Positions 1 through 12,530 of a DNA stretch of 64,000 nucleotides are shown one piece after another; the first letter of the stretch is position 1; each line of letters starts with the position of its first letter. This DNA comes from Corythoichthys intestinalis. Taxonomy: Eukaryota. The position numbers were made by a program, and so were the translations under genes. The stretch lies in NCBI RefSeq assembly GCF_030265065.1, contig NC_080406.1:15849094-15913093 (forward strand). The letters run 5' to 3'. Under the pieces are notes generated by a model. It was not told the origin of the DNA. It saw only the letters and a list, made by a program, of their open reading frames with translations, and searched no databases.

Positions 1-226
1 GGTAACGAGTGGAGCCTCGTTAGACCTCATCAGACCTCATTAGAAGAAGTTAGACCTCTTTGACAGCCAGAAATCTTGCTTGTTAGTAGGTGACCAAATA
101 CTTATTTTCCACTCTAATTTGGAAATAAATTATTTAAAAATCAAACAATGTGATTTTCAAGTAGGAGAACTTGCACAATTGTTGGGTGACTAAATACTTA
201 TTTGCCCCACTGTGTTAGGCATAAGG
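1..226. mobile_element. Terminal ~225 bp (ITR) of a Tc1-like DNA transposon whose body lies left of the window; same family as 35782..36823
   Basis: 1-226 is near-identical to 36600-36823 (...caaatacttattttccac...gggagaacttgcacaatt.gtggKtgactaaatacttaWttgccccactgt). It ends with the Tc1-type CAGTG/ACTGTA terminus. Confidence 0.7.
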
Positions 227-339
227 TGTACATTTAACAAAACAAAATAATTACTAGGGAAAAGCAGGTGCTGGCAGTTACAAATAAAAGCAAGTACAGA
301 GGCAATAATATCTTAACTGGATATTTCCCAACACCATGT

Positions 340-640
340 TAATGTGACACAAAAATAGTTATTCATGAATGAACAAAACATAAATCCAACAGGGATCAAC
401 AGATTACCAGGCTATACAATATGTGCAACATACACTCATATCGTCACTTAATATAACACAAAAATAATTATTACTGAATGAACAAAACATAAAAGTATTT
501 CCCAACAGGGATCAACAGATTACCAGGCTATACTGTATGTGCAACATACACTCATATCGTTGTTTAATGTAACGCAAAAATAATTACTGAATTGTCTGAA
601 CAAATATACTGAACAAAAAATAACAAGCCCCCCGTGAGTC
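340..640 (+). repeat. Tandem array, about 2.5 copies of a ~120-bp unit, immediately upstream of the LINE ORF (probable LINE 5'UTR repeats)
   Basis: Units (aacaC.aaaaatMRttattMMtgaatgaacaaaacataaa...cccaacagggatcaacagattaccaggctataC.gtatgtgcaacatacactcatatcgt...) repeat at ~340, ~460 and ~576. Confidence 0.75.
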
Positions 641-747
641 ATCACATTATCGTGGTGGAGGGGTTTGCGTGTCTCAATGATCCTAGGAGCTATGTTGTCT
701 GGGGCTTTAAGCCCCTGGTAGGGCCACCCATGGCAAACAGGTCCTAG

Positions 748-3700
748 GTGAGAGGCCAGACAAAGTATGGCTCAAAAAGACCCCATATGATGAGCAACAT
801 TAATGAACCCCAGTTTCCCTTGCCCGGACGCGGGTTACCGGGGCCCCCCTCTGGAGCCAGGCCTGGAGGTGGGGCTCGAAGGCAAGCGTCTGGTGGCCGG
901 GCCTGTCCCCATGGGGCCCGGCCGGGCTCAGCCCGAAAAGGCAACGTGGGTTCCCCTTCCCATGGGCTCACCACCTGTGGGAGGGGCCAAAGGGGTCGGG
1001 TGCGTAGGGAGTTGGGTGGCAGCCAAAGGCGGGGGCCTTGGCGGTCCGACCCCCAGCTGCTGAAGCTAACTCTTGGGACATGGAATGTCACCTCTCTGGC
1101 AGGGAAGGAGCCTGAGCTGGTGTGTGAGGCAGAGAAGTTCCGACAAGATATAGTCGGACTCTCCTCCACACACAGCTTGGGTTCTGGTACCAATCCTCTC
1201 GAGAGAGGTTGGACTCTCTTCCACTCTGGAGTTGCCCATGGTGAGAGGCGCCGGGCAGGTGTGGGCATACTTATTGCCCCCCGGCTTGGCGCCTGTACAT
1301 TGGGGTTTACCCCGGTGGACGAGAGGGTAGCCTACCTCCGCCTTCGGGTGGGGGGACGGGTTCTAACTGTTGTTTGCGCTTATGCACCGAACAGCAGTTC
1401 AGAATACCCACCCTTTTTGGAGTCCTTGGAGGGTGTGCTAGAGAGCGCCCCCTCTGGGGACTCCCTCGTTCTACTGGGGGACTTCAACGCTCACGTGGGC
1501 AATGACAGTGAGACCTGGAGGGGCGTGATTGGGAGGAACGGCCCCCCCGATCAGAACCCGAGTGGTGTTCTGTTATTGGACTTCTGTGCTTGTCACGGTT
1601 TGTCTATAACGAACACCATGTTCAAACATAGGGGTGTCCATATGTGCACTTGGCACCAGGACACCCAAGGCCGCAGTTCGATGATCGACTTCGTAATCGT
1701 GTCATCGGACTTGCGGCCGCATGTTTTGGACACTCGGGTGAAGAGAGGGGCGGAGCTGTCAACTGATCACCACCTGGTGGTGTGTTGGCTCCTATGGCGG
1801 GGGAAGATGCTGGCCAGACCTGGCAGGCCCAAACGTATTGTGAGGGTCTGCTGGGAACGTCTGGCAGAATCCCCTGTCAGAAAGAGTTTCAACATCCACC
1901 TCCGGCAGAACTTCTCCCTTGTCCCGGGGGAGGTGGGGGACATTGAGTCCGAGTGGGCCATGTTCCGCACCTCCATTGTTGAGGCGGCCGATCAGAGCTG
2001 TGGCCGTAAGGTGGTTGGTGCCTGTCGTGGCGGCAATCCCCGAACCCGCTAGTGGACACCAGCGGTAAGGGATGCCGTCAAGCTGAAGAAGGAGGCCTAT
2101 CAGGCCTTTTTGGTCTGTGGGACTCCGGAGGCAGCTGACAGGTACCGGCTGGCCAAGCGGACTGCGGCTTCGGTGGTCGCCGAGGCAAAAACCCGGACAT
2201 GGGAGGAGTTCCGCGAGGCCATGGAAAATGACTTCCGGACGGCTTCGAGGAAATTCTGGTCCACCATCCGGCGCCTGAGGAGGGGAAAGCAGTGCACCAT
2301 TAACACTGTGTATAGTGAAGATGGTGTACTGCTGACCTCGACTCGGGACGTCGTGAGCCGGTGGGGAGAATACTTCGAGGCCCTCCTCAATTCCACCGAC
2401 ACGCCTTCCTTTGAGGAAGCAGAGTCTGGGGACTCCGTGGTGGGCTCTTCGATCTCTGGGGTTGAAGTCACTGAGGCAGTTGGAAAGCTCCTCGGTGGCA
2501 AGGCCCCGGGGGTAGATGAGATCCGCCCGGAGTTCCTGAAGGCTCTGGATGTTGTAGGGGTGTCGTGGCTGACACGTCTCTACAACATCGCGTGGACATC
2601 GGGGACAGTGCCTCTGGATTGGCAGACCGGGGTGGTGGTTCCCCTTTTTAAGAAGGGGGACCAGAGGGTGTGTTCCAATTATAAAGGGATCACACTTCTC
2701 AGCCTCCCTGGTAAAGTCTATTCAGGGGTGCTGGAGAGGAGAGTCCGCTGAGAAGTCGAATCTCTGATTCAGGAGGAGCAGTGTGGTTTTCGTCCCGGCC
2801 GTGGAACAGTGGACCAGCGCTACACCCTCGGCAGGGTCCCCGAGGGTGCATGGGAGTTCGCCCGGTCAGTCTACATGTGTTTTGTCGATCTGGAGAAGGC
2901 GTTCGACCGTGTGCCTCGGGGAGTCCTGTGGGGGGTGCTCCGGGAGTACGGGGTACCGAGCCCCTTGGTAAGGGCTGTTCGGTCCCTGTACGACCGGTGT
3001 CAGAGTTTGGTCCGCATTGCCGGCAGTAAGTCGAATTCGTTCCCAGTGAGGGTTGGACTCCGCCAAGGCTGCCCTTTGTCACCGATTTTGTTCATAATTT
3101 TTATGGACAGAATTTCTAGGCGCAGCCGAAGAGTTGAGGTTGAATCTCTGCTTTTTGCAGATGATTTAGTGCTGTTGGCTTCATCAAGCCGTGACCTCCA
3201 ACTCTCACTGGAGCGGTTCGCAGCTGAGTGTGAAGCGGTTGGGATGAAGATCAGCACCTCCAAATCCGAGACCATGGTACTCAGTCGGAAAAGGGTGGAG
3301 TGCCCTCTCCGGGTCGGGGATGAGATCCTGCCCCAAGTGGAGGAGTTCAAGTATCTTGGGGTCTTGTTCACGAGTGACGGTAGGAGGGAGCGGGAGATCG
3401 ACAGGCGAATCGGTGCGGCGTCTGCAGTAATGCGGACTCTGCACCGGTCCGTAGTGGTGAAGAAGGAGCTGAGCCAAAAGGCAAAGCTCTCGATTTACCA
3501 GTCGATCTACGTTCCTACCCTCACCTATGGTCACGAGCTTTGGGTCGTGACCGAAAGAACAAGATCCCGGATACAAGCGGCTGAAATGAGTTTCCTCCGC
3601 AGGGTGTCCGGGCTCTCCCTTAGAGATAGGGTGAGAAGCTCGGTTATCCGGGAGGGACTCGGCGTCGAGCCGCTACTCCTCCGCGTAGAGAGGAGCCAGC

Positions 3701-3882
3701 TGAGGTGGCTCGGGCATCTGGTTCGGATGCCTCCCGGACGCCTCCCGGACGCCTCCCTGGAGAGGTGTTCCGGGCATGTCCCACCGGCGGGAGGCCCCGG
3801 GGACGACCCAGGACACGCTGGAGAGACTATGTCTCTCGGCTGGCGGGGAACGCCTTGGGATCCCGCCGGAGGAGCTGGTTGA
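748..3882 (+). pseudogene. LINE ORF2 (APE-RT) disrupted by at least two frameshifts or stops
   Basis: Three consecutive ORF segments in different frames (748-2052, 2110-2751, 2809-3882) together cover one APE+RT polyprotein. Confidence 0.8.
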
Positions 3883-4244
3883 AGTGGCTGGGGAGAGGGA
3901 AGTCTGGGCTTCCCTGTTAAAGCTGCTGCCCCTGTGACCCGACCCCGGAACAAGCGGAAGATAATGGATGGATGGATGGAAAAAATAACAAAAAGAGCTT
4001 GCCTAAAGGATCAATATTCTCTGATTTTGATCGCCAGGCTATTAGTATGCTTCAGAACAGTTTTATTTGCCTGTTGCTATGTTTTTTGGCAATTGCATCC
4101 ACAAAGTCATCAAGATTTATGGCCCTAGCCCTTAGTGATTCAACACTTAGCACCCCCAAATTGCTTAAACGCTCATCAGTCTGCTGTCTGATCTTCTTCC
4201 TCACCACTGTGCTCTATCACTGATGCTGGCTGTGCACCATCGTC

Positions 4245-4330
4245 ATGCTGGTACTGCTCTGTCTGTTCCTCTCCTCCATCCTCCTCCTTCTTCTCCTCCT
4301 CCTCACTAAGCCTCTGTTGCTCCCCTGTCA
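4245..4330. repeat. CT-rich low-complexity tract (tcctcc/ctcctc)
   Basis: Direct reading: tcctctcctccatcctcctccttcttctcctcctcctcac. Confidence 0.8.
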
Positions 4331-4556
4331 TTTCTTTCTCTCCTCCTGTGCTAATTTTCTTCTTAAAACAAGAAGCAAAGTCTTTCGACTTTCTCTTCAT
4401 CGTCTGAAAATTGACCAGCAGCAGCTAGCAGCCAGTTACACAAGTCGAAACCATGTCAAAAAGCTGCTCTAACAGGTGTAACAGCACAATTTAGCTCTTA
4501 AAAAGCACATTTTACGGAGGCGCATACTTCCCCTTCTTCTTTTACAAAGGTATTCT

Positions 4557-5465
4557 GTAGAGATGTGATGCCGATCAATCGGGTCCGATCACGTCATTTT
4601 CAAAGTATCGGAATCGGCAAAAAAATATCGGCCATGCCTTTTTTTAATATATATACAGTATATATTTTAATTAAATCGCTTTCTAATTGTATTTAACGTT
4701 ACAGACATAATATTTTACACTCATCCAGAGTCTTTAGTTTAGGCTTAAGATAGGGTTATCAAATTTATCCCGATAACGGCGGTAATTAATTTTTTTAAAA
4801 ATGTATCACGTTAAAATATTTAACGCAATTAATGCATGCGCTGCACGACCCACTCACACAATGTTGCCCTCAATCTGTAATGGCGCTGTTTTACCTGTAT
4901 AGAGAGATAAAAGGCAGTGTAAAATGGGTAGAGTGAATTTTGGCAGCCTTTGGAGCCTTTTTTAATTGGCTAAAGCCTTACAATCCCTCACCCTACGATT
5001 AGAAATATCATGGGAAGCAATGTGGGGAAGCAAGGTAGCAATTGATCTTTTTCTTAACACCTCATGTTATTTCCCAACGCAGAGAAGATATATCAATTAG
5101 TAGCACTACGCACAGTCATGGTTCCACTTCCCATCATGCATTTGGGCATGGCTACAGTATCATTTACTGAAAGCTCAACAAATACACTAGATGGCAATAT
5201 TTAGTCACAATATACAAAGTCACAAGTCTTTCTATCCGTGGATCCCTCTCACAGAAGAATGTTAATAATGTAAATGCCATCTTGAGGATTTATTGTCATA
5301 ATAAACAAATACAGTACTTATGTACTGTATGTTGAATGTATATATTTGTCCGAGTTTTATTCATTTTTTTCTTAATGCATTGCCAAAATGTATATGATCG
5401 GGAAAAATTATCGGGAATGATTGGAATTGAATCGGGAGCAAAAAAAAGCAATCGGAACAACCCTA
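4557..5465 (+). mobile_element. Non-autonomous hAT element (MITE-like, ~0.9-1.0 kb), copy 1, 5' subterminal region partly deleted, with a perfect 8-bp TSD
   Basis: Termini are TAGAGATG...CCCTA. The flanking GTATTCTG at 4549-4556 is repeated at 5466-5473. Subterminal CGGGAT/GATCGG repeats are present. Homologous to 6895-7910 and to 11257-12282 (reverse orientation). Confidence 0.8.
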
Positions 5466-6894
5466 GTATTCTGACCCTATATACTTACTGGGGGTGTAAC
5501 GGTACACAAAAATCTCGGTTCGGTACGTACCTCGGTTTTGAGGTCACGGTTCGGTTCATTTTCGGTACAATAAGAAAACAAAATGCAAAATATAAATGTG
5601 CTAGTTGTTTATTACACACTTTTGTGCTTTCAACAATAGGAACATTAGCCCATACAAAGCTAGAATTCTGCTCAAAAATAGACAATACAATATTCTGAAA
5701 TGTAGATATTTTGGAAAAACAAAATAAAAATAACATTGGCTCACACTTTTTCTTTAAACAAATATTTGATGTGCAAAATTGAACAGTTGCAACACTGAAC
5801 AGTTTCAAGTTTCTCATATTAAATTTATGACCACAGCCTCGAAAAGTAAGGGTTACATTTAGGGCTGTCAAACGATTAAAATTTTTAATTGAGTTAATCA
5901 CAGCTTAAAAATGTATTAATCGCAATTCAAACCATCTCTAAAATATGCCATATTTTTCCATAAATTATTTTTGGAATGGAAAGATAAAACAAGACGGATA
6001 TATCCATTCAACATACTGTACATAGGTGCTGTATTTGTTGATTATAACAATAAATCCACAAGATGGCATTAACATTAACATTCTTTCTGTTGAAGACATT
6101 TTCTTTTTCTCTGCAAAAACAAACACACAACAGAGCCTTAGAACAGTAACAAAAACACTATTATTTATCATGTGTGCAAAGTGTGTGTAGTGTACACATA
6201 AACGTGGCCCTCTTCTCTACTCATCCTCTAGCCAGTCGCTGAGGCAAACCAACTTATTTACATTTTCTGAGAGTTGTTCCATCTATATTCTTTTTTAATC
6301 TGAATTCCCCACCCAGAGGGCCAACATGCTTTTCTTCCATGTTTACATTAAACCGTTACCCAGGCTGCTCACTGCACTTTTGAGTGGTGCGACGGCCCTG
6401 GCCGTTTAATTGTTATCTTTTTTGAGACTGTCAGTCAGCTGATCGTCGCGTCCGCCAGCTGGCTGCCTCCCCTACCAACGTGGCGTACTCTGATTGACGC
6501 CGGATAGGAAGACGACGTAGCCGCCGCTGATAGGCCACCCGAGGAAGGGTGCCAACTTCCTAGCCGCTGTCAACACTCTGAGAGTTCGCATTTGACAGCA
6601 TACAGAGGGGAGAACAAGTATTTGATACACTGCCAATGGGAAAACTCATTGGCAGTGTATCAAATACTTGTTCTCCCCACTGTACGTGCCGTGTACCTCC
6701 TCTCCTCGCCAGCTGTTTGCTCGCCATTCATTCACCCGTGCATTTGATCGCTACTTTGTTACACTTCCGCTTTTTCGGTGAGGTCTTTTGTGTTCATTCC
6801 TTATTGGACCGTTTTTGTTCACCACTGTAAAAAAGAGCACTGCAGCAGTAGGCGTAAACTGCCGTTTTCGTTGGCTGTCTTTATGTTATTTGAC

Positions 6895-7910
6895 TAGAGA
6901 TGTTCCGATCGATCGGCATTCCAATCGATCGGAACATCTCTGGTCAAATAACCCGATTGGGTCCGACACGTCATTTTCAAAGTATCGGAATCGGCAAAAA
7001 AATATCGGCCATGCCTTTTTTAATTTTTTTTTTTTTTTTTTAATTAAATCGTTTTCTAATTGTATTTAACGTTACAGACATAATATGTTAGACTCATCCA
7101 GAGTCTTTAGTTTAGGCTTAAGGTAGGGTTATCATATTTATCCCGATAACGCCGGTAATTAATTTTTTAAAAAATGTATCACGTTAAAATATTTAACGCA
7201 ATTAATGCATGCGTTGCACGGCCAACTCACGCATTTTCGCGCTCAATCTGTAATGGCGCCGGTTTACCTATATAGAGAGATAAAAGGCAACGAAAATGAG
7301 CAGAGTAAATTATGGCAGCCTTTGGAGCCTTTTTTTAATTGGCTAAAGCCTTAAAATCCCTCTCCCTACGATTAGAAATATCATGGGAAGCAATGTGGGG
7401 AAGCAAAGTAGCAATTGATCTTTTTCTTAACACCTTATGTTATTTCCCAACGCAGAGAAGATATATCAATTGGTAGCACTACGCACAGTCATGGTTCCAC
7501 TTCCCATCCTGCATTTGGGCATGGCTACAGTATCATTTACTGAAAGCTCAACAAAAACACTAGATGGCAATATTTAGTCACAATATACAAAATCACAAGT
7601 TTTTCTATCCGTGGATCCCTCTCACAGAAAGAATGTTAATAATGTAAATGCCATCTTGAGGATTTATTGTCGTAATAAACAAATACAGTATTTATGTACT
7701 GTATGTTGAATGTATATATTCGTCCGAGTTTTATTCATTTTTTTCTTAGTGCAGTGCCAAAATGTATATGATCGGGAAAAATTATCGGGAATGATTGGAA
7801 TTGAATCGGGAGCAAAAAAAAGCAATCGGATCGGGAAATATCGGGATCGGCAGATACTCAAACGATCGGGATCGGATCGGGAGCAAAAAAACATGATCGG
7901 AACAACCCTA
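6895..7910 (+). mobile_element. Non-autonomous hAT element, copy 2 (full length ~1.02 kb)
   Basis: Starts CTAGAGATGTTCCGATCGATCGG and ends GATCGGAACAACCCTA. Alignable along its whole length with copies 1 and 3. Contains a poly-T at 7021-7042 and a (CGGGAT)n-like subterminal array at 7800-7880. I could not confirm its TSD. Confidence 0.75.
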
Positions 7911-8149
7911 GCTTATTTCCTTTTTACAATCAGGGTCTACTTAGCGGGTGGGGTTTAAGTGTAGTTTCATTTTGTTTGTTGTTTTGGCCTGGGCTTACGC
8001 TGAAGCCAGCTTCTTCCGCATTTTGTGTATTTTGTTAATTTGCGAGTTCGGCTTGTGTGAATAAATTTGTGTCCACTTGCAATTTGTGTGTGCGGCTCGT
8101 TTTATGTTACGCCCTTAGCGAGCCATCCGTGGGATGTAACGGGGATTAT

Positions 8150-8262
8150 GGGATGCATAAGCCGGTCATTCCGCGCTTGCATTAAATGCCTCAAATATTT
8201 TAACGTGATTAATTCAAAAAATTAATTATCGCACGTTAACGCGCTAAATTTGACAGCACTAG
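8150..8262 (-). repeat. Fragment related to the internal part of the hAT MITE (ttaattaatt...cacgttaaaatattt...aatgcaagcg)
   Basis: The reverse complement resembles the segment cccgataacggcggtaattaattttt...cacgttaaaatatttaacgcaattaatgcatgcg of copies 1-3. Confidence 0.4.
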
Positions 8263-8688
8263 ATTATGTCAGAAACTTGTTCGGTACGCCTCCGTTCCGA
8301 ACCGAGCACCCCGTATCGAAACGGTTCAATACAAATACATGTACAGTTACACCCCTAATACTTACTTGTAGTCTTCGTTGTCTTTCTTTACTTTTGTGGC
8401 GTTCACCGAAATAAGCTGCCCATCGAATTGTGCTACTCTGTCGCGCGCACTAAACCGATGCTGTTGGAGGCGGAGTGCACAGCGGGGGCGGGGCAGGGGC
8501 ACTACTGTGAAGGTGAGGAGCAGCGGCTTGCCTGCCTGTGCATTTGGGACGAAATGCATAACTGATGCTACAAAAATCTAACGATATACTGGCAAGTGGT
8601 GTGGCCAGTGGGGTGGCCAACAAATTTATAGGGGGGGCTTGGCCACCCCCTGGTGGCGCCACTGGTTTCGGCGACTACTTCCGCCTTC

Positions 8689-9322
8689 ATCAGAGTGTCA
8701 CTGATGTTGGTGTGACGTGTCTTTATCAGTTGATGGATGAAGACGTGACTCACCTGTCAGATTTGACAAGTGAGTCACGCCCTCTGCTGACCATTCAGTC
8801 TTCCAGGATGCTGGTCCAGGCAGTAGAGAGCATGTAAGCCCCCTCGTCCCTGTTGATGGTCCGCGGGCCCCGCTTGTTTATTTCATTGGCCTCCCTGATC
8901 CAGCGCTGATGTTTTTTTTCTTCGGTACAGATGACTCTGGCCTTTTCCCAGTCCATAATTTGATTTTCCCTTTCGCACTGGTCGGTGATGACTGACTTGT
9001 GGTGTTCCTGTTGCGCTTGTTTTATTGCCCTTGTTTGTCTTATTGCTGTCTCCTTCTCACACACGTTCTTGTGTTCTGTTTTTCTTGTAATAAAGCTCCT
9101 CCCTGTCTCCCCGGTGTATGATTTATTGCATGATGTGCATGGAATTTCATATAAGGAGTTGCGCAAGCGGGCCCGAGGACCATCAACAGGGACGAGGGGG
9201 CATACAGGCTCTCTACTACCTTGACCAGCACCCTGAAAGAGTGAATGGTAACCAGTGGACTTGCCAAAACTGCATCAGCTGATAAAGACACGTCTCACCA
9301 ACATCAGTGACACTCTAATGAA
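8689..9322 (-). mobile_element. Penelope-like element (PLE) 3' fragment: GIY-YIG endonuclease ORF flanked by ~190-bp inverted repeats
   Basis: 8689-8875 is the reverse complement of 9160-9322. The minus-strand ORF 8795-9166 encodes LYEIPCTSCNKSYTGETGRSFITRKTEHK...AIKQAQQEHH...ENQIMDWEKARVI...KHQRWIREANEI, the GIY-YIG/zinc-finger-like EN domain typical of Penelope retroelements. No RT portion is present. Confidence 0.7.
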
Positions 9323-11043
9323 GATGGAAGTAGTCACCGAAACATGTCAGGTAAATAACACAACCTAGAAAATTGTCTGGGATTAAAAAAATAATAATAA
9401 TTCAACTAAGTTTAAAAAGCCTCGGACAAAAAGTCCACAGAGCCCTCTATTGGCGAATTCCTCATTTACAGTAGGCTGCCTATGTATGGAGGTCGATTTG
9501 TGGTCAAATGTGAAAGTAAGAATCCAACAAAATTAACCACATTGAAGCATTAAGGGAATTGCATTGGGATAATTGGGATAGCAATGATAAAAGAGACAGG
9601 AAAGGGAAGGCTAAAAGAAAAGTTCAGCGCATAAGTTAACAAAATCTAAAGGGTGGTAAAATTAGAATGAAAGTTAAGCATAAAGTGAGGGTAAAAGTAA
9701 AAAATGAATCTAAAGGCAAGGGCAAAAGAAAGGGACAAATGGGCATATTATGTACAATTTATGTGGGAACTGCAGTTTGTATTTTTTTTTCCATCCAAAC
9801 ACAAAACAATCACAGATCAATGCATCCCGAGTTGAAAGGCCTTATATTGCAGCCCCAGCATTTTCTACCATTGACTACCATTCTTATGCCAGTAGTGCTG
9901 AGTCCTGTATGTGTGCCTATGTGTGTGTGTTGGGGAGGGCGATTTCATGGGGGGATGCGGTGATAAGGATGTTGAGATCCCCGAGGAGAGGATGGTCCCT
10001 GAAAAGAGATGGGAAGCATGTTAAAGGACTAGGCAGGGAGGAAAAACAGAGTTCCATCCTTGAGTTTTTTTTCTTAGGTGAGTTTGACCTACAACATCTG
10101 AAGAGTTTGGACAAAGACAAAGAAATCCTGGTGGTTGACTACTTGGCCTGAAAAGTTGGATAGAAGAGGAAGATCCTTTGAAGTCATGTAGCTCCCACTT
10201 CAGCTTCTGTTGATCAAGGTTTCATGAGCAACAACTCTCTTTGGCAGGTACGGCCGGCAATGTCAGAGGTCATTCCAGCCTCTGCAGTAGCCCCTTGCAG
10301 TAATTGTCTCTCACCGCCTGTTCGTCGTCCATGTACATGTTGTGATTTAAACATACTACCTTCTAAATTTTATCTACTAACATACATCAAATCGTTCTTG
10401 TAACATTTGCCTTCTTCAATTTCAATGTGACTTTAAAGCATCGACAATATCGTCAGGTCAATGGAAATGTAATGGCCTGTGAGGTGAAGTGCATGCACCC
10501 TAAAAAAAGAGGGAAAAGCCAAAATAAAACCCGTATATTAATGTAAACGATGCACAATAGCCACTTTCTTTTTACTTTGCACTTCACGGAACTGATATTG
10601 ATATCAAATTTTTTTAAAATAATAAAATAAATATTAAGTGTAGAAAAGTTCACAAGTCTATATCGATATTTTTTTTTTCCTGAAAACAAATATTAATGAC
10701 ACAGAACTGGTGATGTTCACCCATTTCTCCCTGGAAAAAAATACACACTTCTCCTGTTCTAACAGACTTGTCGGGTTGTAAATCTTTAACTGCGTCACAC
10801 AGCCCATTCAGCTCAACAACCTGCTCGTAACGGAGTCTCTTTCTTATGGCTCGCTCGATTACAACGCCAAGAGCCACGAAGGACTCAAAATTAACTGCCT
10901 GAACATTACTTGTTTGAAAAATACAAAGCATTTAGCACTCATTTATTCTCCACTACACATGTAACCCGATTTGTGACAGTCCTTATCATTCCATTTTATA
11001 TATTGTATATATACGGTATACTGGATATAATATACTCAATATA

Positions 11044-12530
11044 TACAGTGCTGGCCAAAAGTATTGGCACCCCTGCAATTCTTTCAGATAATGTTCAATG
11101 TCTCCCAGAAAATGATTGCAATTAAAAATGCTTTTGTAGTAATACCTTCATTTATTTTGCTTGCAATGAAGAAACACAAAAGAAAATTAAAAAAAAAAAA
11201 AAATCATTACCATTTTACACAAAACTCCAAAAATGGGCCGGACAAAAGTATTCGCACTAGGGTTGTTCCAATCATGTTTTTTTTCTCCCGATCCGATCCC
11301 GATCATTTTAGTTTGAGTATCTGCCGATCCCGATATTTCCCGATCCGATTGCTTTTTTGCTCCCGATTCAATTCCAGTCATTCCCGATCATTTTTCCCGA
11401 TCATATACATTTTGGCAATGCATTAAGAAAAAAGTGAATAAAACTCGGACGAATATATACATTCAACATACAGTACATAAGTACTGTATTTGTTTATTAT
11501 GACAATAAATCCTCAAGATGGCATTTACATTATTAACATTCTTTCTGTGAGAGGGATCCACGGATAGAAAGACTTGTAATTCTTAAAGGATAAATGTGAC
11601 TTTGTATATTGAGACTAAATATTGCCATCTAGTGTATTTGTGTATCTGTCAGTAAATGATACTGTAGCAATTTAACTGTTCTGGCCAAATGCATGATGGG
11701 AACCATGACTGCGCGTACTGGTACCAACTGATATACCTTCTCTGCGTTGGGAAGTTAAGAAAAAGATCAATTACTACCTTTCTTCCCCACATTGCGTCCC
11801 ACGATATTTCTAATCATAGGGAGAGAGATTGTAAGGCTTTAGCCAATTAAAAAAGGCTCCAAAGGCTGCCAAAATTCACTCTACTCATTTTACGCTGCCT
11901 TTAAGCTCTATACATAGGTAAAACGGCGCCATTACAGATTGAACAGGACAATGCGTGAGTGGGTCGTGCAGCGCATGCGTTAATTGCGTTAAACATTTTA
12001 ATGTGATAAATTTTTTTTTTAAATTAATTACCGCCGTTAACGGGATAAATTTGATAACCCTACCTTAAGCCTAAACTAAAGACTCTGGATGAGTTTAACA
12101 TATTATGTCTGTAACGTTAAATACAATTAGAAAACAATTTAATCAAAAAAATATATATGCATATATGTATATATATATTTAAAAAATGGCATGTCCGTTA
12201 TTTTTTTTGCCAATTCCGATACTTTGAAAATGACGTGATTGGACCCGATCGATCGGCATCCTGATCGATTGGGACATCTCTAATTGGCACCCTTTGAAAA
12301 ATCATGTGAATCTTCTCTAATTTGTGGAATTAACAGTACCTGTTACTTACTAGGTGGTGGCAAAAACTAAATTACACTAGCAGCCAGTTTAAATGGATTA
12401 AAGTTGACTCAACCTCTGTCCTGTGTCCTTGTGTGTACAACATTGAGCATGGAAAAAAGAAAGAAGAACCAAAGAACTGTCTGAGGACTTGAGAAGCAAA
12501 ATTGTGAGGAAGCATGGGCAATCTCTTGGC
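11044..12530 (+). mobile_element. Tc1/mariner element, family A: left ITR plus the start of the transposase, interrupted by a nested hAT MITE and truncated by a hAT 5' end
   Basis: Left ITR tacagtgctggccaaaagtattggcacccctgcaattc... runs 11044-11256. After the MITE, the sequence resumes at 12283 with the ITR remainder and transposase N-terminus MEKRKK(N)QRTV*GLEKQNCEEAWAIS, related to MEKRKKTKELSEDLRSK..., until ~12530. Confidence 0.75.
11257..12282 (-). mobile_element. hAT MITE copy 3, nested inside the Tc1 ITR, with a near-perfect 8-bp TSD
   Basis: Termini are TAGGGTTGTTCC...GGACATCTCTA. The 5' flank ATTCGCAC (11249-11256) and 3' flank ATTGGCAC (12283-12290) match at 7 of 8 positions. The Tc1 sequence is contiguous across the insertion. 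Confidence 0.8.

Larger units (their letters stand above)
340..3985 (+). mobile_element. Non-LTR retrotransposon, RTE-clade (Rex3-like): a single ORF with AP-endonuclease and reverse transcriptase, and no ORF1. Decayed copy.
   Basis: ORFs 748-2052, 2110-2751 and 2809-3882 translate to an APE domain ([13 protein letters not shown]...[12 protein letters not shown]), RT motifs (FRPGRGTVDQ, FVDLEKAFDRVPR, GLRQGCPLSPILF, FADDLVLLA) and a C-terminal LRWLGHLVRMP-type tail. The reading frame is broken by a stop at 2052 and by frameshifts. The 3' end carries (GATG)n at ~3960-3980. The ~3.3-kb size with a single ORF fits RTE. Confidence 0.75.

Noticed and set aside
744-1268. 174-aa ORF on the minus strand ([11 protein letters not shown]...)
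   Set aside because: It is antisense to the GC-rich LINE endonuclease region: proline- and arginine-rich low-complexity sequence without a domain, typical of antisense translation of GC-rich coding sequence.
10650-10931. 93-aa minus-strand ORF (...RAIRKRLRYEQVVELNGLCDAVKDLQPDKSVRTGEV...)
   Set aside because: No recognisable domain and no flanking splice signals supporting an exon. It lies among repeats and could be a transposon remnant. I left it unannotated.
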